Assembly: GCA_023246655.1 (NCBI GenBank) | Contig: JAHFHX010000002.1 | Location: 31,693 to 95,692 of the forward strand | DNA: 64,000 nucleotides | Reading direction: 5' to 3' | Origin: Candidatus Magasanikiibacteriota bacterium | Lineage (GTDB): Bacteria; Patescibacteriota; Patescibacteriia; Magasanikbacterales; GWA2-37-8 | Part shown: positions 1 through 8,424 of the stretch, one piece after another | How positions within the stretch are numbered: position 1 is the stretch's first letter | Layout of the letters: every line of letters begins with the position of its first letter | Notes under the pieces: generated by a model | Told to the model about the DNA's origin: nothing | Seen by the model: only the letters and a program-made list of their open reading frames with translations | Databases searched by the model: none | Program-made: the position numbers and the translations under genes

Positions 1-921
1 CCACTGTTCTACCGACAGCTCTTGCGCCCGGACTGTTGGTAGGAGGGCAAGTTCATCGACTATTTTGAGGAATTGCGCTTTATTTTTCTTCCCGATGACT
101 GGTTCCAAGTTTTTGCTCAGGAGCTTTCTGCGTTGCGCAAATCCGGCTTTGACAATTTTAAAAAACATCTCGTCAAATTCTTTATTTTTTAATTTTTCTT
201 TTTTAATTTTTATTTTAATCACCGCTGAGTCAACCTGCGGCACGGGCCAGAATGAAGCCCGTGGGACGACTTGGATAATTTTCGCGTCAGTATAATATTG
301 GACGGCGACGGAGAGGAGTGACATATCCCCTGCCTTGGCGCAAATACGTTCGGCCACTTCTTTCTGAACCATAAGGACCATCTCGGTCGGCGGATTTTCT
401 AATTCCAAAAACAACCGGATGACGGGCGAGGTGATTTGATAGGGAAGGTTGGCGACGACTTTGTACCTTGTCATTGCGAGGAGTCCCGATTCGCATCGGG
501 ACGACGCGGCAATCCCGTTGCTTTCAGAATCAGTGTTGTTAAAAAAGTTAGTCCTTGAAACAGGGGGATTGCCACGTCGGTCGTTCCTCCCTCCTCGCAA
601 TGACATAAGTACGTTCCCCCACACAATTTCAATATTTCTATATTTCTCTATTTCTTTTATCTCTGTCCAATACGGCTGGAGTTTTTTCTCAATCTCAAAA
701 GCAATTACTTGTTTTACCTCCGGCGCGAGCACAGCGGTGAGTACGCCGAAACCCGGGCCAACTTCAACAACCATATCATCTTTTTTGAGTTCGGCCGCCG
801 CAACAATTGTCTCAATCACCTCTGGATCAATAAGATAATTCTGCCCATATTTTTTGCTGGGGTGGAGGTTGTATTTTTGGCAAAGGTGGAGGAGGTGAGT
901 GGGGTTGAAGAGGCTTGACAT
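1..921 (-). CDS. rsmA: 16S rRNA (adenine1518/1519-N6)-dimethyltransferase RsmA/KsgA. The C-terminus runs off the window start. It contains an in-frame 135-bp palindromic insert and a Lys-rich low-complexity insert.
   Basis: Minus-strand translation from the ATG at 921 reads MSSLFNPTHLLHLCQKYNLHPSKKYGQNYLIDPEVIETIVAAAELKKDDMVVEVGPGFGVLT (SAM motif), then VVANLPYQITSP. The frame stays open through the 470-605 repeat and to position 1. Confidence 0.8.
   Translation of the reverse strand, partial: MSSLFNPTHLLHLCQKYNLHPSKKYGQNYLIDPEVIETIVAAAELKKDDMVVEVGPGFGVLTAVLAPEVKQVIAFEIEKKLQPYWTEIKEIEKYRNIEIVWGNVLMSLRGGRNDRRGNPPVSRTNFFNNTDSESNGIAASSRCESGLLAMTRYKVVANLPYQITSPVIRLFLELENPPTEMVLMVQKEVAERICAKAGDMSLLSVAVQYYTDAKIIQVVPRASFWPVPQVDSAVIKIKIKKEKLKNKEFDEMFFKIVKAGFAQRRKLLSKNLEPVIGKKNKAQFLKIVDELALLPTVRAQELSVEQW
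470..605. repeat. Family-A palindromic mini-element (GTCATTGCGAGGAG ... GCAATCCCC-loop-GGGGATTGC ... CTCCTCGCAATGAC), inserted in frame in ksgA.
   Basis: Terminal inverted repeats and an internal dyad are visible. Manual translation gives a 45-aa in-frame segment, SLRGGRNDRRGNPPVSRTNFFNNTDSESNGIAASSRCESGLLAMT. Confidence 0.75.
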
Positions 922-965
922 AACGAGCCAAAAGGATAGCACTATAAAAAAATAGAAGGATAATT

Positions 966-1334
966 TTATTTTTGTTTTAGCAACGAACCAATATACAAAT
1001 TCAATTGCATTTTTACTTCTTCATATTTTCTGATGAGGTCAGAACTTGATGCTTTTTCCATATATCCTCTACTCGCTGCGACAATAAGATGACTTTGCAA
1101 TTCTTGTAACTCACCGCGAGCAATATACAACACTCGAACTTTATCTGCATAATGAAATCGCCCATCAGCTTCTGCGAAATTAGCTAGCAAACTATTAGCC
1201 GACCGATTCATCTGGTCAACTAACCCGTATATTTCTGACTTGGGAAAAGTTTGTGACAGAATAAAAATTTTTTTCTGCAATTCATATGCTTTAAGCCACA
1301 GAGGAGCTTCATAAAATTTTTTATACCCTCGCAT
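966..1334 (-). CDS. Four-helix-bundle protein (23S rRNA intervening-sequence protein family).
   Basis: 122 aa. Pattern ...QMNRSANSLLANFAEADGRF...YIARGELQELQSHLIVA is typical of this family. Confidence 0.65.
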   Translation of the reverse strand: MRGYKKFYEAPLWLKAYELQKKIFILSQTFPKSEIYGLVDQMNRSANSLLANFAEADGRFHYADKVRVLYIARGELQELQSHLIVAASRGYMEKASSSDLIRKYEEVKMQLNLYIGSLLKQK

Positions 1335-1365
1335 ATTTTTATCATCTTATCCTTCTATCCTTTTA

Positions 1366-2508
1366 TCATTCGCTTCGCAAACCAGCATCTGTATAACGAT
1401 TAGATGCATTCCACATCAGCCACCCTGCATCAGTATACTTTTCAATCGTTTCAATTTGCGCGCGAATTTTATCACCATCATAGACTGCACCAAGGTTAAA
1501 GGCTTGGATCCAAGGACGAACCTTGGCGCGTTTATCTTTAAATTGAGGCAGGCCAAGTTCTAAGCCATGTTCAAAAATTCGTGCAGGAAAATCAGCCGGA
1601 TTTTTGAGCCCCAGGTGACCGCGAGGATAATGAGATGGGTACATCATCGGGCACACATAATCCACCGTGTTAACAGCATCAACTAGACGCTGCCCAATAT
1701 TCATATCATTAGTGCCCTTGGTTTCCATCACCAAACCGAACATATCAAATGAAGTCCAAACCGGCACCGTGGCCATACTGGAACTAACGAAGTTATAAAA
1801 ATCATGCATAATGTGATGTTTTGGTTTTTGGCCATTGCTATATACCACTGCGCTCATATCCCCATCAGAGGGAAAACGAACATAATCAAAATTAATTTCA
1901 TCGAACCCTAGAGCCGCGACTTCTTTGGCAATGGCTATATTATATTGCCACACTTCTTTACGTGTAGCATCCACCCAGGACAGGCCTTTTTTATCGCGCC
2001 ACACTCCCCCACGCTTATCTTTAATTGCCCATTCGGGCCTAGCTGCTGCCAGTGCCGGATCCTGAAAAATGGTTTGACGGGCAATTGAATAAATTTTGTG
2101 TTCATGTAATTTTTTGACCAACGTTAGAACATTGCCTAGGCGATTGTCTTTGAGATGAAATTGATTGACCAACGGAAGGTGGGAGTCGTAAAGCACAAGA
2201 CCACTATAATCTTTGATATCGATAACGGCAGCGTTGAGTTCAGTTTTGTCGATTAGTTTGATAATTTCATCAAGCTTTTTTGGATTACCAGCAGAATAGG
2301 CGGTGAGATACAGACCTTTGACGGTTTGCTTGGGTGGTTTTTCTTTTTTGGCTCGACTAACTATTATTTCTCTATGGAGCAAGGATGCGTTAGCAGCCTC
2401 AAAGCCACCTTCTACGGCTTGCCATTGTTGCCACACAAAAAATCCTGCTGCTCCAGCTACGCTTATCACAAGCAACCAATTTAAGAGTTGAATAATTTTA
2501 GTATTCAT
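1366..2508 (-). CDS. Membrane-anchored putative glycoside-hydrolase-like protein (DUF4015/GHL-type).
   Basis: 380 aa with an N-terminal TM helix and the EINFDYVRFPSDGD motif. Confidence 0.45.
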   Translation of the reverse strand: MNTKIIQLLNWLLVISVAGAAGFFVWQQWQAVEGGFEAANASLLHREIIVSRAKKEKPPKQTVKGLYLTAYSAGNPKKLDEIIKLIDKTELNAAVIDIKDYSGLVLYDSHLPLVNQFHLKDNRLGNVLTLVKKLHEHKIYSIARQTIFQDPALAAARPEWAIKDKRGGVWRDKKGLSWVDATRKEVWQYNIAIAKEVAALGFDEINFDYVRFPSDGDMSAVVYSNGQKPKHHIMHDFYNFVSSSMATVPVWTSFDMFGLVMETKGTNDMNIGQRLVDAVNTVDYVCPMMYPSHYPRGHLGLKNPADFPARIFEHGLELGLPQFKDKRAKVRPWIQAFNLGAVYDGDKIRAQIETIEKYTDAGWLMWNASNRYTDAGLRSE

Positions 2509-2534
2509 ATTACTCCCTACTTCTTACTCACTAC

Positions 2535-3227
2535 TCACTGAACTACAACTTCTCCTTGTCTTATAATTTCTAACTTACTACTGACCGCACTTACAATCGT
2601 TGTTGGCTTGTGCCGAGGCAGTTCGCCATAATTCAAAATAATATCTGGTTGTACTTCCCTATTTTCAAATTGTGCAATAATCTCAGCTGCAGTATAGATA
2701 TCCCCCGTATCGGCAATATTCCCTGACGTTGCGACAAGTGGCCGACCCAATTTTTCGGTGATGGATTTGAGGAGCGGGTGGGCGGTGACACGGATGGCGA
2801 GGGTGTTGTCCTGGGAGACGACGCCGGCGACTAACGTGTCATTGCGAGGAGCCCGATTCGCATCGGGCGACGTGGCAATCCCCCTGCTTTCAGAGCCAAT
2901 TGCCATAACGGGGAGATTGCTTCGCTTCGCTCGCAATGACAGGTATTCCCCCACCACCGTCACCGCCCCCGGCCAATACTTACTCGCAATTTTCTCCAAG
3001 AGCTCATTCCACATCACATATCGCCTCGCCATCTCCACCGTGGGAACGACAACAAGCAGCGGTTTATTGTTCCGCCGGCCTTTGATCTTGAAGATTCTAT
3101 CAACAGCTTCTTGATTCGTGGCGTCACAACCCAAGCCGTAGGAAGTTTCGGTAGGGAAAACGAGAGTTTTGCCGTTAAGGAGCTCGGAGACGATTTGGGC
3201 AAGGTTACACTCGGTGATAATCTGCAT
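2535..3227 (-). CDS. tsaC: L-threonylcarbamoyladenylate synthase TsaC/YrdC/Sua5 family, with an in-frame family-A insert.
   Basis: LVFPTETSYGLGCDATNQEAVDRIFKIKGR...LVATSGNIAD. The insert peptide is SLRAKRSNLPVMAIGSESRGIATSPDANRAPRNDTLV. Confidence 0.75.
   Translation of the reverse strand: MQIITECNLAQIVSELLNGKTLVFPTETSYGLGCDATNQEAVDRIFKIKGRRNNKPLLVVVPTVEMARRYVMWNELLEKIASKYWPGAVTVVGEYLSLRAKRSNLPVMAIGSESRGIATSPDANRAPRNDTLVAGVVSQDNTLAIRVTAHPLLKSITEKLGRPLVATSGNIADTGDIYTAAEIIAQFENREVQPDIILNYGELPRHKPTTIVSAVSSKLEIIRQGEVVVQ
2838..2941. repeat. Family-A palindromic element, in frame in tsaC.
   Basis: gtcattgcgaggagcccgattcgcatcggg...gcaatccccc...ggggagattgc...ctcgcaatgaca. Confidence 0.75.
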
Positions 3228-3228
3228 A

Positions 3229-3338
3229 AAATTTTTAATTTACAATTTTCAATTTATACTGAATTTTCAATGTCTCAATTTTCATTGAAAATTAGTAAAT
3301 TGAATCATTGATTGAAAATTAAAAATTAGAAATTGAAA
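3229..3338. repeat. AT-rich dyad element (family D; TTTTCAAT x3 ... ATTGAAAA x4) between tsaC and prfB.
   Basis: The words caattttcaatt and attgaaaattaaaaatt recur at 29733-29800 and 21285-21303. Confidence 0.45.
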
Positions 3339-3339
3339 A

Positions 3340-4416
3340 TTATTTTTTAATCCACCTCAAATACGCCTCGCACAATGGCATTAAGTCTCCTTCTAAAACT
3401 TCTTCTGGATTCGTGGCCTTGTATTCCATGCGATGATCATTAACCATGTGATACGGATGCAACACGTATGAGCGAATCTGGTTTCCCCATTCTGCAGACT
3501 TGTATTCGCCACGTAACTCTTGCCGTTCTTTCGCCATTTTTTCTTCTTCGAGACGATGTAATTTGGCTTTCAGAACTTTCATAGCGACTTCTTTGTTTTG
3601 GGTTTGCGAGCGTTCGTTTTGGCATTGGACGGTGAGGCCGGTGGGAATGTGGACGATGCGGACGGCCGAGTAAGTAGTGTTCACACTCTGCCCACCTTTA
3701 CCGCCACTCATAAAAGTATCAACTCTCAAATCTTCTGGCTTGATCTCAATTTTGATCTCATCACTAAGCTCGGGCAAAACTTCAATGAGTGCAAATGACG
3801 TGTGCCTCATCTTCTCCGCGTCAAACGGAGAAATGCGAACTAAACGATGTACGCCATGTTCAGATTTTAAATAACCAAAAGCATAGCGGCCTTTCACTTC
3901 AAACATCACAGATTTATAACCCGCTTCCTGCCCACGCGATTCGTCAATAATACGCGTTGACCAGCCTTGCTTTTCACAAAACCTCATTACCATTCGAAGC
4001 AACATCTCCGCCCAATCTTGGGCCTCGGTACCACCACTGCCAGCGTGGATAGCCACGATGGCGCTGTTTTTGTCGTATGGCCCATTAAGGAGAAGAAAAA
4101 ATTCGTAGTCGGTAAATTGCTTTTCCAATTCAGCAGTTTGTTTTTCAATTTCGGTAGTGAGCGATGCATCACCAGACTTATCTAGCTCAATTAACTCGTC
4201 TACTTGTTTGCTTAGAGCATCCCATTTTTCTACTTCACTTTTGATATCTTGATAATCCTGAGAAACTGTTTGCGCGTTTTCAGGATTACCCCAAAAATTG
4301 GGCTGGTTCATTTCATCCCCGAGCTGTTGTAATTTATTTCTTAAACTATCAATCTTGAGAAGCTGGGTTGTTTGTTGAATTTTCTCTTTTAATAAATTCA
4401 ATCGTTCAATCGTCAT
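3340..4416 (-). CDS. prfB: Peptide chain release factor 2.
   Basis: GGQ motif (SGGKGGQSVNTT) and the RF2-specific SPF motif (RISPFDAEK). The 358-aa ORF is contiguous. Confidence 0.9.
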   Translation of the reverse strand: MTIERLNLLKEKIQQTTQLLKIDSLRNKLQQLGDEMNQPNFWGNPENAQTVSQDYQDIKSEVEKWDALSKQVDELIELDKSGDASLTTEIEKQTAELEKQFTDYEFFLLLNGPYDKNSAIVAIHAGSGGTEAQDWAEMLLRMVMRFCEKQGWSTRIIDESRGQEAGYKSVMFEVKGRYAFGYLKSEHGVHRLVRISPFDAEKMRHTSFALIEVLPELSDEIKIEIKPEDLRVDTFMSGGKGGQSVNTTYSAVRIVHIPTGLTVQCQNERSQTQNKEVAMKVLKAKLHRLEEEKMAKERQELRGEYKSAEWGNQIRSYVLHPYHMVNDHRMEYKATNPEEVLEGDLMPLCEAYLRWIKK

Positions 4417-4471
4417 ATTATTATCAATTTACCAATTCCCTCTCCTCAAAGAGAGGGGGACCTTTGATAAT

Positions 4472-4957
4472 TCAAAAAATCCTCACCACCCCCACCGTCG
4501 CCAAAAGTACAATACTGTTTCCAATTACCACCCCCGCAAATAAATACGGTAGCGACTTGTGCATGGGGTAGCCGAGAATAAAGGCAATAAGAGAAGCCGA
4601 GAAAGCACCATTGACTGGTGAGGGAATACTCAAAAATAATAGGAGGCCGATGAGCCCATATTTTTCGTAGCGGGCGAATTTTTTTTGAGCATGATCAATG
4701 GACTTTATCCAACCGCGAGCGAAAAAATGGTCATGGGTGGAAATCCAATTATGAAATTTTTCGGCAAGGAGCGTAATTGCCACCACTGGAACCATATTCC
4801 CAAGCACCACCAACAAAAACGCTTCCCAGGCAGGAAGATGGAAACCAGCGATGGCAACTGGTAAAGCGAACCGTTCCACCAAGGGCAACGTAGCCATAAG
4901 AAGTGTGCCAATAACAGGCGGGAAAGTTTCCAAAAAATGAATGAGTGCTTGCAACAT
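4472..4957 (-). CDS. Small polytopic membrane protein (putative small multidrug-export-like family).
   Basis: 161 aa with 4 hydrophobic segments. Confidence 0.4.
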   Translation of the reverse strand: MLQALIHFLETFPPVIGTLLMATLPLVERFALPVAIAGFHLPAWEAFLLVVLGNMVPVVAITLLAEKFHNWISTHDHFFARGWIKSIDHAQKKFARYEKYGLIGLLLFLSIPSPVNGAFSASLIAFILGYPMHKSLPYLFAGVVIGNSIVLLATVGVVRIF

Positions 4958-4998
4958 ATTTGGTGTTTCGCACAGTATGATACTCCCTTTTTATTCCC

Positions 4999-5027
4999 TT
5001 GACAAATGGATTTTTTTATGCTAAATT
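4999..5027 (+). promoter_or_regulatory. Sigma70-like promoter TTGACA-N17-TAAATT upstream of the GC-rich SDR gene.
   Basis: cccTTGACAaatggatttttttatgcTAAATT, followed by attAGGAGGggtccATG at 5113-5131. Confidence 0.5.
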
Positions 5028-5128
5028 TTTTAGTTGGTTTGCATTAATGTGGGAAAAAAGATGGCGACTTATCGCTTTCTCTTTCCCCACATTAAGCGCC
5101 ACATAACCGGCGCGATTAGGAGGGGTCC

Positions 5129-5935
5129 ATGGACGCACAACAGCAACTCCGCCGGAAATATGCCGGCAAAACGATCGTCGTAACAGGCGCCACGTCCGGC
5201 AACGGGCAGGCACTGGCCAACCTGCTGCTCGCCCTGGGAGCAGTGGTCATCGGCCTCGGACGGAACGTCGCCCGCCTCGCGGAGTTGGAATGCCGCGGAG
5301 GCATTCCGTACCAGCTCGACCTCAGCGACTTCGCGGCCATCGACGAATTCGTCACGTGGTTTGATTTGCATTATGAGCGATGCGATGGTCTCTTCCATCT
5401 GGCCGGGACGACGCTGGTGGGAGAGGCTGGTGCGGCTGAATTCCAGGCTTTCAAGGCAGCGGACCTGGATGGCCCCGTCCGCCTGGCGGAGGGGTTCTTA
5501 AGCACTATGAACCGCGGCGCAACTGTGGCGATGGTTTCGTCAATCGCCGCAGCTGTGCCCGAAGCGCATGGCCTCCGCCAGTATGCGGAGGTGAAAGGCG
5601 CTGTCGCGAGCTGGTGCGGGCAAAATCGCGCGCGGTTCACGGCGTCAGGCGCAAACCTGATGCTTATCGCAATGGGGGCGATCGCGACCAACGTTGGCCG
5701 CAGTGCCGGGTTGGGCGGCGCCTTTAACCGCGCAGCTGAAATGCTGCTGCCGCCCCCGGAGCGGTACTCGCCGCAAATTCTCAAGGACGCCGCCGCGGGC
5801 AAGCCTGCCAGCTTCCCCGGCCGCTTCGCAAGCCTGACCACCTACCAGAACGGCACCTGCCAAGTACGGGTCGGGCGCAAAGCGCTCGTTCTGGCACTCG
5901 AAGCAGGCGTTTGGTTCGCGCACCTCGGCAAGTAG
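5129..5935 (+). CDS. Short-chain dehydrogenase/reductase (SDR) encoded in a about 65% GC islet.
   Basis: TGATSGNGQA Rossmann motif, catalytic Ser (MVSS) and YAEVK (YxxxK). GC content contrasts with the neighbouring sequence. Confidence 0.75.
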   Translation: MDAQQQLRRKYAGKTIVVTGATSGNGQALANLLLALGAVVIGLGRNVARLAELECRGGIPYQLDLSDFAAIDEFVTWFDLHYERCDGLFHLAGTTLVGEAGAAEFQAFKAADLDGPVRLAEGFLSTMNRGATVAMVSSIAAAVPEAHGLRQYAEVKGAVASWCGQNRARFTASGANLMLIAMGAIATNVGRSAGLGGAFNRAAEMLLPPPERYSPQILKDAAAGKPASFPGRFASLTTYQNGTCQVRVGRKALVLALEAGVWFAHLGK

Positions 5936-6043
5936 GCACCCACTTGCGCAAGCAACAAACCAGCCCACAATGTCCTTAACGCAAGATTAATTAAAAACTC
6001 TTGCTCTGAGGACAGGGCTGGTTTTTTGATCTAGATACCAAAA

Positions 6044-6080
6044 TCCCCTCGCAACTACGAGGGGATTTTATTATTGTTTT
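6044..6080. terminator. Bidirectional intrinsic terminator.
   Basis: aaaatCCCCTCGcaactaCGAGGGGatttt is flanked by A and T runs and lies between a convergent gene pair. Confidence 0.6.
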
Positions 6081-6202
6081 TATCAGACCACCACAACTCT
6101 TGTCACAATCTAACTTGATCATGCTGAGAGTTGTGCGTGGTGGTCTGATTCCAGATTGCTCGCCCCCCGTCACTATTAACGGGGGGCACTGGTGCGGGCC
6201 GC

Positions 6203-6364
6203 CTAGCGGTGCGGCTGCGGGTGGTGGGTGGCGAACAGCCAACCCAACGCCGCCAGCCCGCCTACCGCCAACAGCCCGCCGGCCACGTTGTGGCCGGAAA
6301 GCCCCACGATGGGGCCGGACGCGGCGACGACCGCCGCGACCGTAATGCCAACGATGCGCTTCAT
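6203..6364 (-). CDS. Small hydrophobic peptide (about 53 aa) in the GC-rich islet.
   Basis: GGAGGAGGtgcccATG precedes MKRIVGITVAAVVAASGPIVGLSGHNVAGGLLAVGGLAALGWLFATHHPQPHR. Confidence 0.4.
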   Translation of the reverse strand: MKRIVGITVAAVVAASGPIVGLSGHNVAGGLLAVGGLAALGWLFATHHPQPHR

Positions 6365-6598
6365 GGGCACCTCCTCCCCCGCTTGCAAACAGCCTTTTGG
6401 CTGTATACCGCATAAGGAGGGGGGATCCCACACGGCAAGCAGAACATCTCTTAAAGATAGGCTACTTGCCGAGAAGGAATTACATTTAAAAAGAACTTAT
6501 TTTCTTTTATAACTATACAGAATAGCATAAAATTTTATTTTTGTCAAGTATTATTTACTCATTGAGTGATTTGTGTGGATAACTAATACCTTATATTA

Positions 6599-6627
6599 TT
6601 GACATAAAATGCGCTTTTACTTATACT
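6599..6627 (+). promoter_or_regulatory. Near-consensus sigma70 promoter TTGACA-N17-TATACT for the Met-rich gene.
   Basis: TTGACAtaaaatgcgcttttactTATACT. A structured about 80-nt leader follows. Confidence 0.55.
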
Positions 6628-6713
6628 TTAGCAAAGGTCGATGTAAAGTAAACTTTACTTTTTACTACCAAACCCTGGCACACAACCGTGCTTGGGTTTA
6701 AAAAATCACCTCT

Positions 6714-6980
6714 ATGATGAACAATGCCATGGGCGCTATGCCGATGATGGATGACGCCATGATGGTGGATATGATGAAAAAAAGCGGCATGCCGGCCGAC
6801 GACAAAATGATGATGGGCATGATGAAGGACATGATGATGGGTATGAACAAGATGACGATGCACATGAAGAAGAACTGCGGGATGAAGGATGAAGAGTGTA
6901 TGAAGTGCATGAATGCTTGCATGTCCATGATGATGGACCCCAAGATGATGGATGGAATGATGATGGACAAAACCATGTAA
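6714..6980 (+). CDS. Methionine-rich small protein (88 aa, 36 Met, 4 Cys).
   Basis: MMNNAMGAMPMMDDAMMVDMMKK...CGMKDEECMKCMNACMSMMMD. It has its own promoter upstream and a terminator downstream. The antisense His-rich ORF is the codon mirror of this gene. Confidence 0.6.
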   Translation: MMNNAMGAMPMMDDAMMVDMMKKSGMPADDKMMMGMMKDMMMGMNKMTMHMKKNCGMKDEECMKCMNACMSMMMDPKMMDGMMMDKTM

Positions 6981-7017
6981 TATGGCGCGGCGTTTTGAGC
7001 CACGTTTTTTAACATCA

Positions 7018-7047
7018 AAAAATCCCGAGTGTGCTCGGGATTTTTGT
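7018..7047 (+). terminator. Intrinsic terminator after the Met-rich gene.
   Basis: aaaaATCCCGAGtgtgCTCGGGATtttt. Confidence 0.65.
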
Positions 7048-7058
7048 TTCTTTGATAA

Positions 7059-7562
7059 TTAATTGCGAGCGCGTTTTTGTGGATCACGAAATATGCCGGG
7101 TAACGCTACATCTGACGGGACTATATAATTCAAACGGTCAATAAATGCCTGCCATTGGTCTGGCGCTTGTTCGGCAAAGGCAGTGTTAAAGGCATTCTGT
7201 AACGCCGCTTGGACCTCGGGAGCAGTTCGGAATCTCTCCACCCGCTTACGAATCGATGACAAAATTTCAGATCCCTCGATATGATCGAATGGTTTCGATT
7301 TAAGTCTAGAAAATGCGCGCGCGTTATCAAACGCAGCCACTTCCCCATTAGGGGCAACGAGAAAATTTGACTCACTACGATCGCAATTTAATGTTACCGC
7401 ATCAAGTAACGCAATTTTTTGGAGATCTTCTTTCGTAGCTTGCTTTTCCCAATGGATTCGAAGTGCTCGGTCGCCCTCTTTAATCCTGCACGGAACCAAA
7501 ACCATCTGGCCCATCACGAACAATTGTGGGCGGCACAATGTCGAGCTGTAAGGCTTTATCAA
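7059..7562 (-). CDS. Protein-kinase-like fold C-terminal fragment (DxxxxN ... FD catalytic-loop pattern). Possibly the frameshifted 3' part of 7480-8406.
   Basis: LDAVTLNCDRSESNFLVAPNGEVAAFDNARAF. It overlaps the upstream ORF by 83 nt in another frame and has a TTG start. Confidence 0.35.
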   Translation of the reverse strand: MIKPYSSTLCRPQLFVMGQMVLVPCRIKEGDRALRIHWEKQATKEDLQKIALLDAVTLNCDRSESNFLVAPNGEVAAFDNARAFSRLKSKPFDHIEGSEILSSIRKRVERFRTAPEVQAALQNAFNTAFAEQAPDQWQAFIDRLNYIVPSDVALPGIFRDPQKRARN

Positions 7563-8406
7563 TCTGGTAAGTTAGCCATTCGGGAAAAACACTCGCGCCT
7601 CGCACATCTTTTTTAAAATCAAAATTTTCCCGTTCACGGCGCGCCGCCTTATATATCCCCGGAATATTTCTCCCCTCAAAAATAAGAAATTGCGGCAGAC
7701 TCGCGGTTGTTCCTAATGAACCAATTTTTCTTATTGTCCCACGAAGTTCTTGCTCTATCTTTGCCCGTAAACGTTCTCGCGGCACCCGATCTGGCCACGC
7801 GCGCTCAGTCGCTAACAATAATTCCTGCTCAATGGTACGCGTTTCGGCAACCAATTCAACCGCACCATCCTGTTCAAAGGCCTCCTCTTGGCCTCTGTGC
7901 TCTGCTAACGTTTTACCAATTGTATCGGTGGGGATATCAAATTCCCGAGCAATAAGTGTTTTTTCGGCACCAACGCTTCGCTCAAATATTTCACGGATTG
8001 CATCACTCGAAAATTGTAACCCTCTCATTACACGCACCAATATTGCTGGATTGCCTCGAGCAATGTCAAAGGCTAAGGCCTGTTTTTCTTCGTCACAAAA
8101 ATCAATTTGCGCGTGTTCCTGAAATTTAAAAAATAGCTCCAGATTTTCTCGAGCAATAGAGAGACCGACTGATAATTTTTCTACCGGGGAGAACCCCATC
8201 GCTTCCAAGGAGGCCGCAATTGCTGGCATCCGCTCGCACACTGCTTTTACAAGCAACAGTCGTTCCGCATCATATGGTTCTTTTTTGAGCGCGGCTTCGA
8301 GTGCGAGCGTAATAAGAGAAGATGGCGGCGTTTTTTGTTCCCTATCTTTTTTGTCTCTTCTAAAAAAACTATCAACCATCCAGGCTACACGTTCTCTAAT
8401 ATTCAT
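7480..8406 (-). CDS. Hypothetical protein (possible N-terminal portion of a kinase-like protein).
   Basis: 308-aa ORF with no recognisable motif. Confidence 0.4.
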   Translation of the reverse strand: MNIRERVAWMVDSFFRRDKKDREQKTPPSSLITLALEAALKKEPYDAERLLLVKAVCERMPAIAASLEAMGFSPVEKLSVGLSIARENLELFFKFQEHAQIDFCDEEKQALAFDIARGNPAILVRVMRGLQFSSDAIREIFERSVGAEKTLIAREFDIPTDTIGKTLAEHRGQEEAFEQDGAVELVAETRTIEQELLLATERAWPDRVPRERLRAKIEQELRGTIRKIGSLGTTASLPQFLIFEGRNIPGIYKAARRERENFDFKKDVRGASVFPEWLTYQIDKALQLDIVPPTIVRDGPDGFGSVQD

Positions 8407-8424
8407 ACTCGGACTATCCCGTTT

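Noticed and set aside
3340-4416. Programmed +1 frameshift in prfB.
   Set aside because: The RF2 ORF is contiguous from MTIERLNLL. There is no in-frame stop or CUU-UGA-type shift site.
5016-6431. Multiple antisense or overlapping ORFs over the SDR gene and the GC-rich spacer.
   Set aside because: Same high-GC open-frame artefact. The SDR frame has catalytic motifs and the others have none.
6621-6863. His-rich antisense ORF (MHRHLVHTHHH...) opposite the Met-rich gene.
   Set aside because: It is the codon mirror of ATG-rich coding sequence (ATG gives CAT). It runs into the promoter on that side and lacks its own promoter and terminator. The + strand unit has all three.
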